A DNA stretch of 64,000 bases. It comes from Macrostomum lignano. Its lineage: Eukaryota. Position numbers and translations under genes: made by a program. Shown here piece after piece: positions 1-13,356 of the stretch (the stretch's first letter is position 1; every line of letters starts with the position of its first letter). Where the stretch lies: the NCBI GenBank assembly GCA_002269645.1, contig NIVC01001681.1, positions 62,001 to 126,000 of the forward strand, given 5' to 3'. The notes under the pieces were generated by a model that worked only from the letters and a program-made list of their open reading frames with translations, searched no databases and was not told where the DNA came from.

Positions 1-532
1 CCGGCGTCCCAGCCGCAGACAACTGCCTTCACTGTCTGCAGACACGCCCCGCGCAGAATTTGTAATGAGCCCAAGGCTATTATTTCGCTTTTTTCTTCAG
101 CCTGCCCCTAGAAGCAGAAGCCGTGTAATTGAAAATAGAATATATTTTCACTTTTTCAGTCAATGGAGCTGGAGTTGCTGGGTCGCGGAGACCATCAATT
201 TACTCGCTGCCCTGTAAAGCGCATGTTGTCATAATATTAGCCGGCAGCTATCAGAAGCATCGGCATATAAAGCACTGGGATTAAAGTTCTATTCTGTGCG
301 CCTGGTTAGAGGCAAGAAAACAAAGGAGCTGAGAAGCTTGAGGATAAAAAAAGTTGGGATTCTTTCATCGCTAAACTATTATTAGAAGTGGTGACGTGAC
401 CTCACAGCGTGGGCCCCCATGTTGATGACGAGACCCAGATTCCGGTCAGGCTTCGATTCTGACTGCAGCAAAGTGTTACACTTCGTAATTAGGGGGCTGC
501 TTCACTGCGATCCATTATTTCTGGGAATCGGG

Positions 533-1397
533 AGATTCAGGTTAGATTCAGGTTAGATTCAGGTTGGATTCAGGTTAGATTCAGATTGGATTCAGGTTAG
601 ATTCAGGTTAGATTCAGGTAAGATTCAGGTTAGGTTCAGATTGGATTCAGGTTGGATTCAGGTTAGATTCAGGTTAGATTCAGATTGGATTCAGGTTGGA
701 TTCAGGTTAGATTCAGATTAGATTCAGGTTAGGTTCAGATTGGATTCAGGTTGGATTCAGGTTAGATTCAGGTTAGATTCAGATTAGATTCAGGTTAGAT
801 TCAGGTTAGATTCAGATTAGATTCAGGTTAGATTCAGGTTAGATTCAGGTTAGATTCAGGTTAGATTCAGGTTAGATTCAGATTGGATTCAGGTTGGATT
901 CAGGTTAGATTCAGGTTGGATTCAGGTTAGATTCAGGTTAGATTCAGGTTAGATTCAGATTGGATTCAGGTTGGATTCAGGTTAGATTCAGATTAGATTC
1001 AGGTTAGGTTCAGATTGGATTCAGGTTGGATTCAGGTTAGATTCAGGTTAGATTCAGATTAGATTCAGGTTAGATTCAGGTTAGATTCAGATTAGATTCA
1101 GGTTAGATTCAGGTTAGATTCAGGTTAGATTCAGGTTGGATTCAGGTAAGATTCAGGTTGGATTCAGGTTAGATTCAGGTTAGATTCAGGTTAGGTTCAG
1201 ATTGGATTCAGGTTGGATTCAGGTTAGATTCAGGTTGGATTCAGGTTAGATTCAGGTTAGATTCAGGTTAGATTCAGATTGGATTCAGGTTGGATTCAGG
1301 TTAGATTCAGGTTGGATTCAGGTTAGGTTCAGGTTAGATTCAGGTTAGATTCAGGTTAGATTCAGGTTAGTTTCAGGTTAGATTCAGGTTAGATTCA
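533..1397. repeat. 11-bp tandem array (ATTCAGGTTAG)n
   Basis: About 78 units read directly. Confidence 0.95.
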
Positions 1398-2731
1398 AAC
1401 TGATAGCTGATCATGTTCTCACTTGTAGTGACTTTTTATACCCCAGATACAAACTAAGAACCCGATGACCTCTTCCCTTTGTTACTGTCTAGAAAGGCAA
1501 GAACTAGAAAGAATTAGGTCACTATTAGGACGAGGCGAATGGACCTATCAATAATTGATTAGCTATAGCAAAAAAAACAATTTAAAACTCTGAGTGAGGC
1601 AAAGAATCTTCATTGAAGAATTATTGACAGCTCACACTGACTGAGGGGTACTATCTGCTCCCATGCTGTGTCTGATGCTAGCTTAGGTGACTGAGCAAAG
1701 CGGAAAAGTGTGGCTTCGCGTGATTGTATCCTTGTAGAAGTTACTCCTTCCCTTGTAGTCATATCCTCTCTCTCTCTCAATCTCCCTTGTTCCCGAGTCT
1801 TTGTTAGCCTCCCAGTTTTGAGCACCTCTCCCCCCGATATCCGCGATCAAAGTGACGTCACTGGGCAATTTAAGCGCCACTCCTTGCACGGGGGGGGGGT
1901 TAGCGAAACTACAAATTTATAGCATTATACTGTAGCTATAGAATGCAGATTTATGACTGCAATCTGCACTCTGTCTGAATTCTGCGGCCGGTGAAGCAAA
2001 GAAAAGGTTGTCACTTTCGGGTGGGGGTGAGGTTGATGCGGCTGTTGAGTAGCTAAGCTAGCTTTCTCGCTCGGGCGAACAATTTATTTAATGAGGCGGC
2101 TAAGCCTCGCAGCTCCATCTCCACCCCTCATCTTGCCCCCGGTCTCACCCAGTCCCTCGATGGTTGCTATTTTTTGCTAAAATTTCGCAATTTTTTTTTA
2201 AATTACATAAATTTTTCCGGTGCGTGAAATCTCTGTGGGACTAAAAATAGTTAGCAATAAAATAATAAATAAATACCTTTAGGGTTTTAATAGTCCTGTC
2301 CTGTGTGACATTTTTATAGCGATTATAATCCCGAATTATTGTTTCTTTTCAGTTGCTCTGGCGACAGCAAGATTGCTTATCGCTAGTAGTTTGGCGGCTC
2401 TGTGTTTTCTTTAAATCTTTGTTCGCGCAAGCTGGTTATGACGTACCATTTCCTCACTTTTTGGCCCTATTCTACATTTGGGAATTGTTAACAGCCTTAG
2501 AGGATTTCGTCATTGTCCGACTTGTGTAATATTGTGCGGCTTACGGAACAATAGATAATAATGCCATGGGCAACAATATTTTATTCTAATTACATTATTA
2601 ACTATGACGTCAGACTGAGATATGACAACCTGCGTTCTTTTATTTAATCGGACTATCTTAGATGTAAGTCTGCAGGTGTGAGACGCGACTGCACCTGACA
2701 CTCCCTAGATCTAATCTGACACACTCTACGT

Positions 2732-3252
2732 CCCGACCTGACACAATCTAGTACCTGACCTGACACGCTCTCGGACCCGACCTGACACAATCTAGTACCT
2801 GACCTGACACAATCTAGGACCCGACCTGACACAATCTAGTACCTGACCTGACACGCTCTCGGACCCGACCTGACACAATCTAGGACCTGACCTGACACAA
2901 TCTAGGACCCGACCTGACACAATCTAGGACCTGACCTGACACAATCTAGGACCCGACCTGACACACTCTCGGACCCGACCTGAGACAATCTAGGACCTGA
3001 CCTGACACAATCTAGGACCCGACCTGACACAATCTAGGACCCGACCTGAGACAATCTAGGACCTGACCTGACACAATCTAGGACCCGACCTGACACAATC
3101 TAGGACCCGATCTGACACACTCTCGGACCCGACCTGACACAATCTAGGACCCGACCTGACACAATCTAGGACCCGACCTGACACAATCTAGGACCCGATC
3201 TGACACACTCTCGGACCCGACCTGACACAATCTAGGACCCGACCTGACACAC
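2732..3252. repeat. 22-bp tandem array (GGACCCGACCTGACACAATCTA)n
   Basis: Direct reading. Confidence 0.95.
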
Positions 3253-4929
3253 GCCCTCAGACCTGAACTGACAAACTCCTCGGACAATTCCTGGACCCGA
3301 GCTGACACACTCATAAAATTAAGATTTATTGGTTTGAGCAGAAGCGGTTCAATGCTAAAATTAGCCATTATAATTTTAATGCGCAACGTGCCACACGATG
3401 CCAATGTCCAACTCACGCAATGTTTTCAATCCGACAACATCATCGAGTACTCACAGGTGAGTCAGTTTGAATGCCGCCAAATTGAACAGTCCGAGTGGGA
3501 CTTGAAGCTAGGATTTTGAAGAGCTCAACCGTCTGTGCCAAGCCGGGGAACAATACAGAAAATCAAAACTGACTCGAATATTTAGTGGAATCGAAGTTCC
3601 GTCGCCAGGTGCCGCTTGACGTCTTTGACTCGAAAATAATTTTTGACGCCCCTCAGGGAACGGAGGGCTGGTTGGCGGGGGTGAGGCGCACGGGCCTCAC
3701 GGACTCGCCAACAGGTAGAAACGGTCGCTTCTGCCCCAGAGGGCCTGAGCGGGCCCAGTAGCCATGCGGAGACATGCGGCAACTGCCCACTGGCCAGCCA
3801 AGCTCTGTCGCCTCTGGTGACGCCAGCGCCTTGGCAGGTGTGAAACAAAGATTATAGAAGCATAGCACAAAGACTTGCGGTTGCCGATTGCAATTAAAAG
3901 AAAATATTGAAGAAAATTGTCTTGGCTTGGTGAGGAAAAAATCCTTCTATAGCCCCTACGTTGCCAGGTGCAAGGAGAATTTCAATTTTAAACAAGTAAA
4001 AAACCCCATTTGCTTGTTGCGTGAATGCTAGGCATAACACCCACACACCTTCAAAAGAAAAATAAGACAGAAATGAGAAAAATAGAAAACTTCTAGGATG
4101 AGTCTGATAGCTAATTTTCCCCAGAGATGCGCGAGCAATAAATCCCACAGGAAATTTTACAACTCAAGCCACCAGCCCGAGCAGGCAGTTTATTGCTGCA
4201 GTTGCTAAGGCTGAGGTAAACAGGAAGGATGAAAATTTTTTACTTAAACTGACAAAATATGCGCATGGCACACGACCTTGCAAGAGCAGCGAGAGACAGC
4301 GAGAGTCTTTTACAGCCGGCCGCAACGTGAAGGTGCCTCGAAAAAAAATAGTGAACACTTACAACCCATCGAACCATCATCTCTTTTTATTCACAGTCTG
4401 GTTTTTTATCATGAAACAATCATAGATAGCTTTGCTTTCGCAAGACACGGCATTGCAATGCTCATGCAAAACCATTTAAATTTGTTTCTTTTTTGGATAG
4501 GACTTTGGAAATGTCAGGAGGATAGTCCTGTCCCCCCTCCACTCCAATCCACCTGCTGGCTGTCTGATCCACCCGGCTAGAGGGGAGGGGTTGCGCTGCT
4601 GCTACTTCGTTTTGGCTGGCAGAATATTTTTTAATACGAGCGTATGTTGCCGCTGCCACCGCCGCTGCAACAGGGGGGAAGGCTGGGTTATTGAGCCCTA
4701 CAGAAACCCCCATTGTCTGGTCTCAGCACCAGGAATAACGCGCATATTTTAGACTCATATCCCATTGCCTCCCATATCCCCTGCCTATAGCTGAGCAGAG
4801 TGTAAAAAGGGGTTGCGGGTGCAGGATTAAGCTATAGCAAGCGTTGCTTTTAAAATTGGCTTATTTCAAGCGCTCTGGGCTCGAGTCTCTGCGTCTCTCG
4901 GCTCTCGAGGACTCAAAGGCTCAAGAGAA

Positions 4930-7900
4930 ATGCCTGCAAGCAGCAAGCAGCAGCTGCTTTTGGAGCAGCAGGAGGAGCAGGAGCAGCAACAGCAACTGAA
5001 GCAGAAGCAGAAACTGCAGACTCTGCTGGACCCTGACCGACGCTGGGACGTCAACGACCCGCAGCTTCCAACAGTGAGAGCGCGCCGCCTGACCCTTCCA
5101 CTTGTGCCTGCCCGTATGACCCTGAGAAAGTATTTGCCTGCTGCGGTCTGAGTGTAGTTGGTATATATTGATAGATACCCACATGTGCGTCTGCTTCCCT
5201 CTGTAGACATCTGCCTGTGCGTGTATATATACGAGTAGATAATAATAGAGAGCGCATGCATTAAGCACCAAAGCTGAAAAACACTGCATGTCGTCTCCTC
5301 CCTAACTGCCGCGCAATCTCCAGCCGCAAGTGCCCGACAGCTTCCAGCTGTGGCCAGACGGAGCCTGCCGCTACGCCTATGGAGGCAGGCAGGACGAGGC
5401 CAAACGGCACACCAGCGGCTGGGCGATGCGGAACACCAACAATCACAATGTGAGCATCTTGAAGAAGTCCTGCCTCGGCGTGCTGGTCTGCAGCCGCGGC
5501 TGCCTGGCCCCCAGCGGCAACCCGCTGGCCCTGCGGCCGGCCATCTGCGACAAGGCGAGAAGAAAACAGTGCGGTAAGCGACGGCTTCTGTCTTTCCGCC
5601 TCCCTTCCCGCTCAATTCCGCCCCTTCCCGCTCCATTCCGCCCCTTCCCGCTCCATTCCGCCCCTTCCCGCTCAATTCCGCCCCTTCCCGCTCAATTCCG
5701 CTCCCTTCCCGCTCAATTCCGCTCCCTTTCCGCTCCATTCCTCCCCTTCCCGCTCAATTCCGCTCCCTTCCCGCTCAATTCCGCCCCTTCCCGCTCAATT
5801 CCGCTCCCTTCCCGCTCAATTCCGCTCCCTTCCCGCTCCATTCCTCCCCTTCCCGCTCAATTCCGCTCCCTTCCCGCTCCATTCCGCCCTTTCCCGCTCC
5901 ATTCCGCCTCTTCTCGCTCCATTCCACTCCCTTCTCGCTCCCTTCTCGCTCCCTTCCGCTCCCTTTCCGCTCTCTTCCGCTCCCTCCCCGCTCCATTCCG
6001 CCCCTTCCCGCTCCCTTCCGCTCCCTCCCCGCTCCATTCCGCCCCTCCCCGCTCCATTCCCCTCCCTTCTCGCTCCATTCCGCCCCTTCCCGCTCCATTC
6101 CGCTCCCTTCCCACTCCACTTCAGCCCTTCCCGCTCCATTCCGCCCCTTCCCGCTCCATTCCGCTCCCTTCCCGCTCCATTCCGACCCTTCCCGTCTGTC
6201 TCCGCTCCCTTCCCGCTCCATTCCACCCCTTCCCGTCTGTCTCCGCTCCCTTCCCACTCCATTGTGCTCCCTTCCCGTCTGTCTTCGCTCCCTTCCCCTG
6301 CTCTCTCGTTTCCTGTTCCAAATCTGATTCATTTTAGATCTAATCTATTTTCCACCACTTTTCTCAAAAAATAATACAAGATTAACAATATTTTCAACTC
6401 ATTTGTATCTGAAATGGCGCGCACCACATCTACCAGCTGGATGTACAGGAGAGCGCACAACACTGATCGAATCTGGTCAAGTAAAGAGCGATTCAAAAAT
6501 TACAAGGATTTTTTATAAAAATGAAAGTTTTATAGGCCCACTGTCTCGACTATCTGCGGTTGTTCCGATTCGATAATACAACGATTTAGATAAAAATGAC
6601 AAATTTTGCTAGTTTATGATGAGTAGAATGTTTAAAATATAAAAAAATATTTATATTCATATTAGGCAACACAAAAAGATCTCAATTGATTGACTTTTAT
6701 GTATAGACTAGATCTAGTAGAATCGTAGATCTTGAGGCCAGACTATGGACTAGATCTAGTAGATCTTGAAGCCAGTCTATAGAATAGATCTACTAGATCT
6801 TGAAGCCAGTCTATAGACTAGACCTAGTAGATCTTGAAGCCAGTCTATAGACTAGACCTACTAGATCTTGAAGCCAGTCTATAGACTAGACCTAGTAGAT
6901 CTTGAAGCCAGTCTATAGACTAGACCTAGTAGATCTTGAAGCCAGTCTATAGACTAGACCTAGTAGATCTTGAAGCCAGTCTATAGACTAGACCTAGTAG
7001 ATCTTGAAGCCAGTCTATAGACTAGACCTAGTAGATCTTGAAGCCAGTCTATAGACTAGACCTAGTAGATCTTGAAGCCAGTCTATAGACTAGATCTAGT
7101 AGATCTTGAAGCCAGTCTTTAGACTAGACCTAGTAGATCTTGAAGCCAGTCTATAGACTAGATCTAGTAGATCTTGAAGCCAGTCTATAGACTAGACCTA
7201 TAGTAGATCTTGAAGCCAGTCTATAGACTAGACCTAGTAGATCTTGAAGCCAGTCTTTAGACTAGATCTAGTAGATCTTAAAGCCAGTCTATAGACTAGA
7301 TCTAGTAGATTTTAAAGCCAGTCTATAGACTAGACCTAGTAGATCTTGAAGCCAGTCTATAGACTAGACCTAGTAGATCTTGAAGCCAGTCTTTAGACTA
7401 GATCTAGTAGATCTTGAAGCCAGTCTATAGACTAGACCTAGTAGATCTTGAAGCCAGTCTTTAGACTAGATCTAGTAGATCTTAAAGCCAGTCTATAGAC
7501 TAGATCTAGTAGATTTTAAAGCCAGTCTATAGACTAGACCTAGTAGATCTTGAAGCCAGTCTATAGACTAGACCTAGCATTTCTTAAGCACCAATTTCAT
7601 AAGCTATCAGCTCCATCAAATCGTGAAACTGTAGCCGCAAGCAAACCGCCTATGAACCAATTCACGGACTCATAGAGTTCGCGCAAGCTGGCAACAGCTT
7701 AGCAACCCCCAAAAAATAGTCAATAGATAGTGTTTATCTCTGAAGGAATGGCTGCAATATCTGCTCTCCCCCCTCAGCTTTCAGCGCGACCCCAATTAGC
7801 TGGTTCCCATTTCAGCGAGAGATTCGACACCCCATCTATCGCCTCCCCCCATGAGCCTGCAAGGGCTTGGGAATCACGCAGGGTAATTACCGGTTACCTG

Positions 7901-10900
7901 GCCTAACGGGATGGCACTGCGCTTCAGCAGCAACGCTGGTGCCCCGCCCACCATCTTCTCGGCTGGGGGCAATTTTCTTCTTAGTTTTCCTCACTCATTT
8001 CTCCTCTACAGTTGAGCAGATAGTCACCGGGGCCCCGCCCGGTAGCCGGCTGGAATTTTGTTGAAATTTGAGCTGACAAAATCATTTCCGGCCCCGATCT
8101 GGGAAATGCTCCAGTCGTGAGAGCATTGCTGCTTCACCGATGAGGAAAAATGTTTCTGCATGTCAGTTCACGCTTCCGTCTATCAGCAATGTTGGATGGG
8201 TTCACAAATTGGACACTTCACAAACCGGACACTTCACAAACCGGACACTTCACAAACTGGTCACTTCACAAACCGGACACTTCACAAACTGGTCACTTCA
8301 GAAACTGGTCACAAACTTCACAAACCCGACACTTCACAAACTGGACACTTCACAAACTGGTCACTTCACAAACCGGACACTTCACAAACTGGACAATTCA
8401 CAAACCGGACACTTCACAAACTAGTCACTTCACAAACCGGACACTTCACAAACCGGACACTTCACAAACCGGACACTTCACAAACTAGTCACTTCACAAA
8501 CCGGACACTTCACAAACCGGACACTTCACAAACCGGACACTTCACAAACTGGACACTTCACAAACTGGACACTTCACAAACCGGACACTTCACAAACTGG
8601 ACACTTCACAAACTGGACACTTCACAAACCGGACACTTCACAAACTGGTCACTTCACAAACCGGACACTTCACAAACTGGACACTTCACAAACCGGACAC
8701 TTCACAAACTGGACACTTCACAAACTGGACACTTCACAAACCGGACACTTCACAAACTGGTCACTTCACAAACCGGACACTTCACAAACTGGTCACTTCA
8801 CAAACCGGACACTTCACAAACTGGTCACTTCACAAACCGGACACTTCACAAACTGGTCACTTCAGAAACTGGTCACAAACTTCACAAACCCGACACTTCA
8901 CAAACCGGACACTTCACAAACTGGTCACTTCACAAACCGGACACTTCACAAACTGGTCACTTCACAAACCGGACACTTCACAAACTGGTCACTTCAGAAA
9001 CTGGTCACAAACTTCACGAACCCGACACTTCACAAACCGGACACTTCACAAACTGGTCACTTCACAAACCGGACACTTCACAAACTGGTCACTTCACAAA
9101 CCGGACACTTCACAAACTGGTCACTTCAGAAACTGGTCACAAACTTCACGAACCCGACACTTCACATACCGGACACTTCGCAAATCGGACACTTCATAAA
9201 CCGGACACTTCACAAACCGGACACTTCACAAACCGGACACTTCATAAACCGGACACTTCGCAAACCGGACACTTCACAAACCGGACACTTCACAAACCGG
9301 ACACTTCACAAACCGGACACATTGACAATCATGAGCTGCTGAAAGCTGGCAGCTGTGACACAAAAGCCCGTTTTCGACGCGCTGAATTTGCTTTCATTCC
9401 AGGCAAGCCGTGCCCCAACGCCAAATGCGACGGCACCCTGGTCCTTCAGGCCTGCCGGGGCCATTCCGGCTACCCGGTCACGCATTTCTGGCGCCACCTG
9501 AACGGCTGCGTCTATTTTCAAGCCAAGGGGGCGCACGACCACCCGGCGCCGGATCTGAAGCCGGCTGAAGACATTCGAAGGCGGATGAGACTGTTGAAGA
9601 AGAGCGGCGTACCCGCAGTGGTGAGGGGAGAGTGGGAGACTTTGACAGTGCAAGAGGGAGACAGGGACATTGAGGGAGGGAGAGGGGAAAGGCGGGAAGA
9701 GAGACAGGAAGAGACAGGGAGAAAAGGATCGCATGAGATTCTACCTACCTTGAGATAGGAATCGAACTCGCAACCTATTCTAGGTTCAGCGGCGGGAGCA
9801 GGTGCAGCATCAATTTGCGCAACAACAACAACCGATTGTTAAGAAGGCCAAGAAGCCACAGAGACAGCAACAGCAGCCGCAGCATCAACAGGTACAGAGA
9901 CAGCAGCAGCTGATTGTCAAGAACGCCGTGAAGCCACAGAAACAGCGACAGCCGAAGGCGAAAATCAAGCGCAGGCCTACAGCCCCATCAACCATCAACC
10001 ACCAGCAGGCCCATTATCAGCAGCATCAGCATCATCAATATTATCAGTCACTAATTTGCCCATATCATCGCGTCGACATCGACCAGTGCCGCTGCCGCCC
10101 AGCACCAACGGCTCAGCGTCAGGCGAGCCACCTACAGCAGCAGCTGCTTCACCGGCCGGATTCAACTGGGGCGGTGGCTTCGGCGGCGGCCGCGGTAGTT
10201 GCGGCGGCGGCTTTCGTCGGAGGACCCGAGGCAGCACCTCACGGGCAGCAGCAGCAGCAGCAGCAGTACATCGGAATGCTTCCGTATCCGGGCTTGGGAG
10301 CATCGGTTGGATTCTATGCTTCAGCGCCAGCTGAGCATCGTGAGCAGTTGGAGCAGCACCAGCTCCATCAGCAGCTGCAGCATCAGCAGCACGAGATTCA
10401 TCATCATTATCAGCAGCAACAGCAGCAACAGCGGCTGCCAGCTCCAATGCAAATTGGCGAGAGAATCGCTCTGCCATCTGCAGTGACTGGGCAACACCAG
10501 CAGCACCAGCAACACCAGCAGCACCAGCAGCACCAGCAGTACCACCAGATGCTGTTGCATCGTCAGCACCAGCAGCACCAGCAGCAGCAGCAGCAGTTGC
10601 CACTTTCTGAGTCGCCACCGATCGTTGATCCGGTGACAGACTTCGCCGATCCGTTCTTCGCCTTCTGGCAGTCCAACGGCGGCGGCAGCGGAACGACTTA
10701 TAACTCGGACGGAGAGTCGGCGTTGCTGGCGGAGCTCAGGCCGCACCTGACTAGGCAGCAGTTTCAGCTAGAGGATGAGGAGCCGATCCCAATCCAGCGT
10801 CCGCAGCTTCATCAACAACATCAGCAGCAGCAGCAGCAGCAGTACTATCAAGACGGTCTGTTCCAAGCAAATCCCGGAGGCAGTGCCGCACCCAGCATCA

Positions 10901-11016
10901 GCAGTGCGAGCGTCTTGCTGCCCCTCATTGCCGACGCGGAAGCCGATGGCCACGGCCCGGCCGCCCACCACCTCTATGGCCGGACTTCGCCGACACGACC
11001 GCTGTTCATGGGATGA
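4930..11016 (+). CDS. gcm: GCM-domain transcription factor, paralog A (614 aa), 4 coding exons: 4930-5073, 5324-5573, 9403-9620, 9784-11016
   Basis: Spliced ORF carries GCM hallmarks [80 protein letters not shown], with all Zn-ligand Cys/His present. Three GT-AG introns with compatible phases (0,1,0); total 1845 nt including TGA. Q/H-rich C-terminus. The intron 3 boundaries are the least certain (alternative acceptor at 9801). Confidence 0.93.
5595..6298. repeat. 20-bp C-rich array (CCGCTCCATTCCGCCCCTTC)n, gcm-A intron 2
   Basis: Begins about 20 nt after the donor at 5574. Confidence 0.95.
6702..7577. repeat. 34-bp palindrome-rich array (GAAGCCAGTCTATAGACTAGACCTAGTAGATCTT)n, gcm-A intron 2
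   Basis: Period 34 measured (6841 to 6875). Confidence 0.95.
8201..9320. repeat. 16-bp array (CTTCACAAACCGGACA)n, gcm-A intron 2
   Basis: Direct reading; source of ORFs 8140, 8150 and 8160. Confidence 0.95.
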
Positions 11017-12400
11017 TCTCTGAGACAGTTAATTTTTCACCTTGCCTTTCATACGGAAACACACATCGAAATGATGGATTGCCTCGTGAAGTTATCAACA
11101 GCTGGACTACCAATGAAGGATGGCCAACCCCTACTCTTGTCTGACTAACAATATTCTCAGAGCCCGATCCGGGACGGAGAGTCGCAGGCGCATGAAATGA
11201 ACTCAGTGACCATACCATTTTTTGATAAAACTTTGTAGTTTTATAAGGGGACTTTTGACAATATCTGAAAATCAAGTCGACAGGCGTTCTAATCAGCACC
11301 ACACAAGCCTTACCTACGTGTTTGACTCTCGCGCCACCTGACTCTCGTTGGTTCCATTCCGTGACTGTTCAAAGCGTCAAAAAATTCTCAGAAAACGCAT
11401 TGTTCTGGGATCTGTTGAACTCAAAGTGATTTAATATACCTTCTGTTATTGGGTAAATTTTAGCACACATCAGTTCAGAAGTTTTCGTGAGTTTCTTCGC
11501 CGCTCTATAAAGTTCCTGCATACTTATGTGTTAGCCACGTGCCAATACTGTTGCAATATAATGATATGCTTTGCGCCAACAAATAGAAACTTTTGTCGTT
11601 GTTGTTCAGACTTCGCCGCAGGCAGATTCTGCTTTTTGGATGACAAAAATCCTCATCTGTTGATCGGTTCTGGAGCTGTTGGCCAAATACTCGTAGTTTG
11701 ACTAATATGGCATGGCTCACATTGCATTGCACAGCCATGTCTCCTAACACACACTCATACAGGCACTAATTATTTTATCTTCATTAATTATGCAGCAAAA
11801 TATGGATGGGCCCATGGGGGGGGCGCCAGCACGTGCGCCCAAGCTTTTGTCCGCTGATGAGGCAACTTTACACTGCGCATGACCGCATGGTTGAGACTTA
11901 GAGGAGGCTGACTTCTCCATCTGCACACACACACCACAATGTCCGCCTGACACGTTACCCTGCCTCTTAAAAGCAGGTTCCTCTTTTTCCACTCTTCAAC
12001 AGCATAATGAGAGGGTAGAAGAGCCGAGTCAAGAGTCGTACACTAAAAAAATAACAATTGCATTAGCTATCACAAGCTTCTCGACTGATTAAACTTGAAA
12101 ATTAGACGCTTTAGGGATCGGCTGGCACATGGACAACATCTAAATCATCTGGACTAGAAACGTTTATCCCTTCAATTCATGCTAGCTGTTATAAAACTTT
12201 ATCAACTTAAAATATTTGGATTTAAAAGACCAAGCCCGCATGATTCTTAAAAATAGGAACTCTGGAGACATGGATGGTGACATTCCCCCAAATACGAGAT
12301 GGGTCCTGGGTGTACCAGCACCAGACACCCTACTATCTGCACAGAATTATCAATAATTTCGGAACAGATAAACCGATTTCTACAATCTTGGTCTCATTTT

Positions 12401-12416
12401 AATAAAGTTGAATAAA
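12401..12416 (+). terminator. Tandem AATAAA polyadenylation signals, probable 3' end of gcm-A
   Basis: First AATAAA hexamers seen after the stop at 11016 (12401 and 12411); implies a 3'UTR of about 1.4 kb. Confidence 0.45.
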
Positions 12417-12484
12417 TCTTTCACAACTGACTGAAGTTTTATTGAAGTTTGAAGGAAAATAAGCACAATGTTAGTCAGAGGGTA

Positions 12485-12927
12485 AGAGTCAGAGATGTGA
12501 AGTTCAGAGATGTGAGAGAGTCAGAGATGTGAAGTTCAGAGATGTGAGAGAGTCAGAGATGTGAGAGTCAGAGATGTGAAGTTCAGAGATGTGAGAGTGA
12601 GAGATGTGAGAGTCAGAGATGTTAGAGTCAGAGATGTGAGAGTGAGAGATGTGAGAGTGAGAGATGTGAGAGTCAGAGATGTGAGAGTCAGAGATGTGAG
12701 AGTCAGAGATGTGAGAGTCAGAGATGTGAGAGTCAGAGATGTGAGAGTCAGAGATGTGAGAGTCAGAGATGTGAGAGTCAGAGATGTTAGAGTCAGAGAT
12801 GTTAGAGTCAGAGATGTGAGAGTGAGAGATGTGAGAGTGAGAGATGTGAGAGTCAGAGATGTGAGAGAGTCAGAGATGTGAAAGTTCAGAGATGTGAGAG
12901 TCAGAGATGTGAGAGTCAGAGATGTGA
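12485..12927. repeat. 15-bp array (AGAGTCAGAGATGTG)n
   Basis: Direct reading; gives the spurious (VRVRD)n ORF. Confidence 0.95.
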
Positions 12928-13356
12928 AATTTCAGAATCTGAGACACAGAGATGGAGTCAGAGATGGGATATTAAAAATGCCAAGGCACACGCATCCCCG
13001 CACTAGCAAATTGGGGAGCAGGCATTCAAGAAAGTCACGCCTCGGTGCAGTAAAATTGCCAAATACTGCCGAAATTGAAGCCGACAGAAAGCAATTGCTC
13101 TGATTTCCTGGACTCGGATTGGCACTGCCATAAATCATGGGATTCCTTGCCCCGAACTCTGCAACAATTCGTGTCTCCAACTTCGACTTTGGCCCGACAT
13201 TCTTGAAGATGCTTTTTGTACTTTGTTTACGCACCCTAGAAACTGGACTGGGGAGCGGGGATCTGACTTTTAATGAAGACTATTGTGTGCGTTATCAGAA
13301 GGTGATTGTTTGACCATATTTATTTTTGCGACAGAATTCACTGAGTGTACCTGGCG

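Noticed and set aside
533-1397. Telomeric repeat
   Set aside because: The unit is 11 bp (contains GGTTAG but not tandem TTAGGG or TTAGG) and is flanked by unique DNA on both sides.
3582-3868. GC-rich patch with short minus-strand ORFs upstream of gcm-A
   Set aside because: No recognisable domain; might be a transposon fragment but cannot be supported.
4866-6337. Long ORFs 5330-6337, 4866-5738, 5775-6332 and similar
   Set aside because: Exon 2 read-through into, or antisense translation of, the 20-bp array.
8160-9758. 532-aa ORF as a novel repeat-GCM fusion protein
   Set aside because: The N-terminal part is the 16-bp intronic array read in a stop-free frame; only 9403-9620 is a real exon, with a proper acceptor.
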